Below are positions 59,578 through 64,000 of a stretch of DNA of 64,000 nt, piece after piece. Position numbers and translations under genes: made by a program. Each line of letters begins with the position of its first letter. The stretch's first letter is position 1. The notes beneath the pieces were generated by a model that was not told the origin of the DNA, made no database searches, and saw nothing but the letters and a program-made list of their open reading frames with translations. Source of the DNA: Tieghemostelium lacteum (lineage: Eukaryota); contig LODT01000035.1 in the NCBI GenBank assembly GCA_001606155.1, positions 356,658-420,657 of the forward strand. Reading direction: 5' to 3'.

Positions 59578-60065
59578 TTTGATCAATTCACTTAAAAAAA
59601 CTAGTTCTAGAAAGATGAACTGAAAAAACGGAAAAAAAAAATATTTTTATTTTTTAAATTTATTAATATTAAATTATATAGACTTTATTATATCAACTTG
59701 TGGACGATGGATAGGTCTAATCTATTTTACATTTGCATATTGTGAATACCAACAATCTGTTATTTTGTAATTTTTGAGATTTCTGAATATTTTAAATAAA
59801 GTCTTCAATAATTTCTGTTTCTAGAAACAAACTAATGGTTTTGTTATACAAATGTTTGTTCATGGTTAACCATGAAAATATAGAATGTATGTGAAATGTG
59901 GAAACAATTTTATAAAAAAAGAAATCATAATTTGTTTATTACATCTGTAACTGATCTAAAAAAAACAAAAAAATTTTGAATAAGATTTTTTTTTTTTAGA
60001 TTTTTTAGCCACATTCAAATCATATTTAAAAGGTGGGAAACCCACATTTTGTATAATATTTAAAT

Positions 60066-63000
60066 ATGAGTAATCCATCTAGTAAGTAGACTCCTTTTTT
60101 AAGCTAATAATACATACAATAACTCACACCACAAAACAGCACCCAAACCTGCAACAAGTAAATTTCAGGGTATAGTAGTAGATAGTTCGAGAACTACTCC
60201 AAATTTTAAAATCCCAGCTAAAACCAATAGAACTTTACCAACCCCACCAGGTGCTACTACAGCACCAACACCAACAACACCAACAACAACAGCAATTTCA
60301 CCAGACACCACTAATAATGTAACAACACAGCAAAAGCCCAGTGAAGATATTAATACACCACCATCATCATCATCAGTAACTACACCAACAATTAAACCCC
60401 CTGGCCTTAAACCAGTTGTAAAAGTTGCACCTAGACCTGTTTTAAAAACACCAGCAACTACACCAACATCAAATGTAAATAGTGAATCAATCGGATCTAC
60501 AACAACAACAACAACATCAACACCAACAACCACACCCACACCTACACCACCAATATCCAAACCCCTTGTACCAAAACCATCGGCAACTCCATTATTAAAA
60601 CCTGTAATAAAAACATTTCCTCCACAACCAAGTACACCTACACCATCAACAACGAATAATGTTACTCCTATAACAACTCCAACTCCAACCCCAACTCCAA
60701 TATCAACAAATACTAGTTCAAATAGTACCGAAAATAAACCACCAAGTCCAACATCAACAACAACACCAACTACTACAAAAGGATCAGCTTTAAATAACTT
60801 TAAATGTAAACCATTACCATCAGTTGGTAAACCAATGCCAACTGTAACTGCAACTACACCTACATTGACATCAACCAATACCACAAGTACACCAGTTGAA
60901 GTTACACCAATTAATACACCACCAGTAACACCAAAATTAGAATCACAGGTATCCCAACCAATAACACAAATCAATACTACTAGTGCTAATATTGGTGGAA
61001 ATTTAGTAAGATCACCTAGTAATACAAGTATTAGTAAATCACCAAGTACAAGTCAATCAACACTTGTTAGATCAATTAGTGCACAAAAGGGATTAGATAA
61101 TATTGAATTGGATCACCCAATAAGTGAAACTGCTAAAAAAGCAACTGAAGAGATTGCCAAAGGTAAAAAGAAATATGAACGTGTTAGAGTATTGTCAAAC
61201 AAGAAAGGTGATTTCAATTCACTTAATCTAACTAGAGGTGATATCATTGATGTCATTGAAAAAGGTGAAAAAGATACCTATTTTGGAAGTAATGGATATA
61301 AGACTGCTCAGTTTTCAATCAGTAATACAAAATCATTATATCCTTTGGAAAACAATCCACCAAAGACCTCTGTAAAGGCCATTGCTATCAAGGATATTAA
61401 ATCCAATAGAAATTTTACAATTATTCGTGGTGATATATTGTGTATACTTGAAAAGAGATCTGAAACAGTTTCAGCAGGTAGAGTTAAAGTTGGACTTGAT
61501 GGCTGGGGTGAAATGGGAGAGTTTCCACTTGACAGCATTCGTGTGATTAATGATCAAGAGTATTTATTATACTCTGATTTACTGAATACCATTATAGAGG
61601 TTTCTGAAAAATTAATGGATCCTGAATCTTTGATTAATTCGGGTACAAAAGAATCTGAAAAGGAAATTGAAAAACGTCAATTGGCACTTCGTGACAAGGT
61701 AAAGAATGTACAAATCATTCGTGAGAAGATTTTAGTTTCATCAGATGCACAGGTGATTGCACCTTTACAAATAGAACTTAGAAAAGATATTGAAACTATT
61801 CGATCTATTCTCTCTAATGAATTCTATATTATCAACGATCGTGGTCAGATTTGTACTGATGTAAATACATCTCCATTGACTATACTCAAAGAACATTACC
61901 AACTCTCACAAGAGTCACAGGAAAAGAAATGGTCTTCGAATAAACAACAAAAGGATTTGGTAGATGTTACTATTCCAACAGGTGCCTCATCCTCAACTAC
62001 CAATGGAAAGAAACTCTGGGATTATGGTCAATTGGTTATCGATATAAAGTTCTCAAGATGCACACTACCAAAAAAGAATTTGGAATTCTATTTCAGTTTA
62101 TATAATTTCACACAATCAAAGTATCTAACTGAACAGGTTCAAGTTAGTTTTGACCAATCTTCAACAACCTCAACTAGCTCACCAAGTGCCATGAAATTCC
62201 TTTTCAAGAATATTGAAAGTACTGATATCTCTGAGGATGTATGTCTAGTTTGTAAAGTCATTAGAAAAGGTTCCATTAAAGACCAAGATGAAACTAAAGA
62301 GTTAGATAAGAAAAAAGGTAAATCCCCAGATACCTCTCAAAACTCTCAAACTCAGACATTTAGAAGACCTTATGCATATAGTGCATTTAAATTCACTAGT
62401 GCCATATTTGAGAGTCAAGTAGGTTTGGAAAGAGAAGTCAACCTCCAATTCTATACCAGTCAAAATGAAAGTACTTTTCTTACTATTCCCGATATTCTCA
62501 TGAGAGGTAATGAAGAAGAAATTAAGAAACAAATAGAACCAGTTCCAAAATTGGCAGTTGGAGTCAGTCAATCTATTCTACCTGTAAGCATTAGTTTCTA
62601 TGATCAAGGATGGGAGAAATTTGTTGAAAAATATCCAATATCATATAGTTGGATAAAATCAGAGAAATTAGCTCACAAGATTCTTTTGGCAGACAAGATA
62701 TTTCAATTTTATCTTACTATTGAATCTGGTAAATTCACCCAAGGTAAAAAACTGGAATTGTGTCTTAAAGTCAGATCAGATAACGGCGATGTAATTCAGA
62801 ATTGTGTATCACTTGGTATGGGCTCTCCATGGAGTTCTGAGATTAAGACTATTGTTTGTTATAATAACACCACTCCTGTTTGGAATGAAACTATACAATT
62901 TGCAATTCCACCTGAACTATTCCTTAAAAGTCATTTACTCTTTACCATTAGAAACTGTTCTAATAAGGAAAAGGATAAAAACAGTATATTTGCATTCAGT

Positions 63001-64000
63001 TTTATGAGATTGGCTCAACAGGATCAAACAGCTATTCAAAATAGTGATCATATAATTCAGTTGTTTAAGTCCACTACTGACCAGTTCCCAGTGCAGAACT
63101 ACATTGATATCAATCCGCTAGTTAGTAACACTGCCAACCAGAATAATAATATAAGAAAAGGTGAGTTTATTAAGATTAGAACTCATCTCAATAGTAGTGA
63201 ATTCATTCAACATCAATCTATTCATCAATTGATCAACTGGAAAGCTCAATCTAAAGAAGATCTTTTGGTACTCTTGGATAAATTCAAGTTTGTTGATCCC
63301 ATTCAAATTGTTAGAAATCTAACAAAGGTATTAGACGCACTATTTAAAATCTATGATACATCTATTGGAAGTGGTGGTGGATTCGAAGTTTATAATACTA
63401 TTGTATTTGTCATTGGACTATTAACTGATGAAAGAACTAATAGATTCAAGAATTTCAAACCTGAATTGGACCTCTATATCAATAATCAGTTCTCTGTTGC
63501 CTCTGCTCATAAACACATTCTAAAATGTATAAGTATGCATTTACAGGAGATTAAAGAGTCTTCCAAGATCTCATCTACACTGAAATCACTAGAGTACATG
63601 TTCAGATTGATTGTTAAATCCCGTCTGGTTTATCTACAAGAAAAAGCAGATAAAGAAGAAGAATCTTGGAAAAAGGAGCTTTTAGAATTCCTTGGCCTAA
63701 TCAATCGTCTAATGTCCAATAATGCAGCTAATCTCATTGTAACTCAAACTCTTGCATTGAGAAACTTCCCAGTTGTCATGACAGGTCTACAAAACTTTTT
63801 TACCAAAAAGGAACAATGTAAGATTCTAAATGATTTCATTGAGGCTATCCACTACACTGAGAAACAAGAACATCTCAATTCCTATAAACTATCAGTCTAT
63901 CATAAAATACTCTCAACTCATTTGATTCTAGATCAAGAGACACTCGAACATCTCATAGGTACATTAGTAGCCACCATTGATCAACATCTAACTAGAGGAA
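60066..64000 (+). CDS. DOCK-family Rac/Cdc42 guanine-nucleotide exchange factor, N-terminal ~1290 aa: Thr/Pro-rich low-complexity region, tandem SH3-like domains, DHR-1 (C2-like) domain, start of ARM/helical region. 3' end cut off by the window end. Exons 60066..60081 and 60140..64000+
   Basis: A single open frame from 60103 to the window end with no ATG, so the start is assigned to ATGAGTAATCCATCTA|gtaagtag (58-nt intron, acceptor aacag|CACCC, phase 1). SH3-like YERVRVLSNKKGDFNSLNLTRGDIIDVIEKGEKDTYFGSNGYKTAQF. The DHR-1 core CYNNTTPVWNETIQFAIPPELFLKSHLLFTIRNCSNKEKDKNSIFAFSFMRLAQQDQTAIQNSDHIIQLFK matches the DOCK180 segment PRWNETIKLPIPIEKFRGSHLRFEFRHCSTKDKGEKKLFGFAFVPL. Confidence 0.8.

Noticed and set aside
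60165-60974. 269-aa minus-strand ORF rich in Gly/Val/Thr
   Set aside because: It is the antisense reading of the Thr/Pro-rich low-complexity N-terminal region of the plus-strand DOCK gene, whose frame is open from 60103 to the window end.

Overview
This 64 kb window is eukaryotic nuclear DNA, not prokaryotic. It is about 75% AT, with compact genes, homopolymer-rich intergenic spacers, poly-Asn/Gln/Thr tracts and very short (52-139 nt) GTAAGT/GTATGT...AG introns, which together point to a dictyostelid (Dictyostelium-like) social amoeba. The ORF track accepts TTG/GTG/CTG starts, so I re-derived ATG starts and splice junctions by hand. There are about 30 protein-coding genes. Recognisable housekeeping genes are RAD51, DDX1 (DEAD box plus SPRY), a SET/MYND (SMYD) methyltransferase, condensin subunit CAP-G, COP9 signalosome subunit 4, proteasome subunit RPN1/PSMD2, eIF3 subunit F, FCF1/Utp24, a sigma-adaptin family small subunit, a METTL21/FAM86-type lysine methyltransferase, a villin/gelsolin protein with a headpiece, a DOCK-family GEF cut by the window end, and a histidine ammonia-lyase-like gene cut by the window start. 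Interleaved with these is a run of secreted or cell-surface genes with no established family assignment. The most interesting are a tandem triplication of a three-exon secreted gene with beta-propeller-like repeats, a secreted NlpC/P60-like protein whose catalytic domain is split by a ~330-aa Ser/Gly/Thr/Gln repeat insertion, a giant 7TM protein with a ~1300-aa cysteine-rich ectodomain, a C-type lectin + IPT/TIG + EGF + TM protein of the Tgr/allorecognition type, an FG-GAP propeller + mucin + EGF secreted protein, and a cysteine-rich GPI-type protein. Three otherwise intact ORFs carry -1 frameshifts inside A-homopolymers; these look like assembly errors but need checking. Two GT-rich ORF-free islands share a 45-bp repeat, and a degenerate Ty3/gypsy reverse-transcriptase relic lies near 58 kb. 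No rRNA, tRNA or CRISPR features were found.
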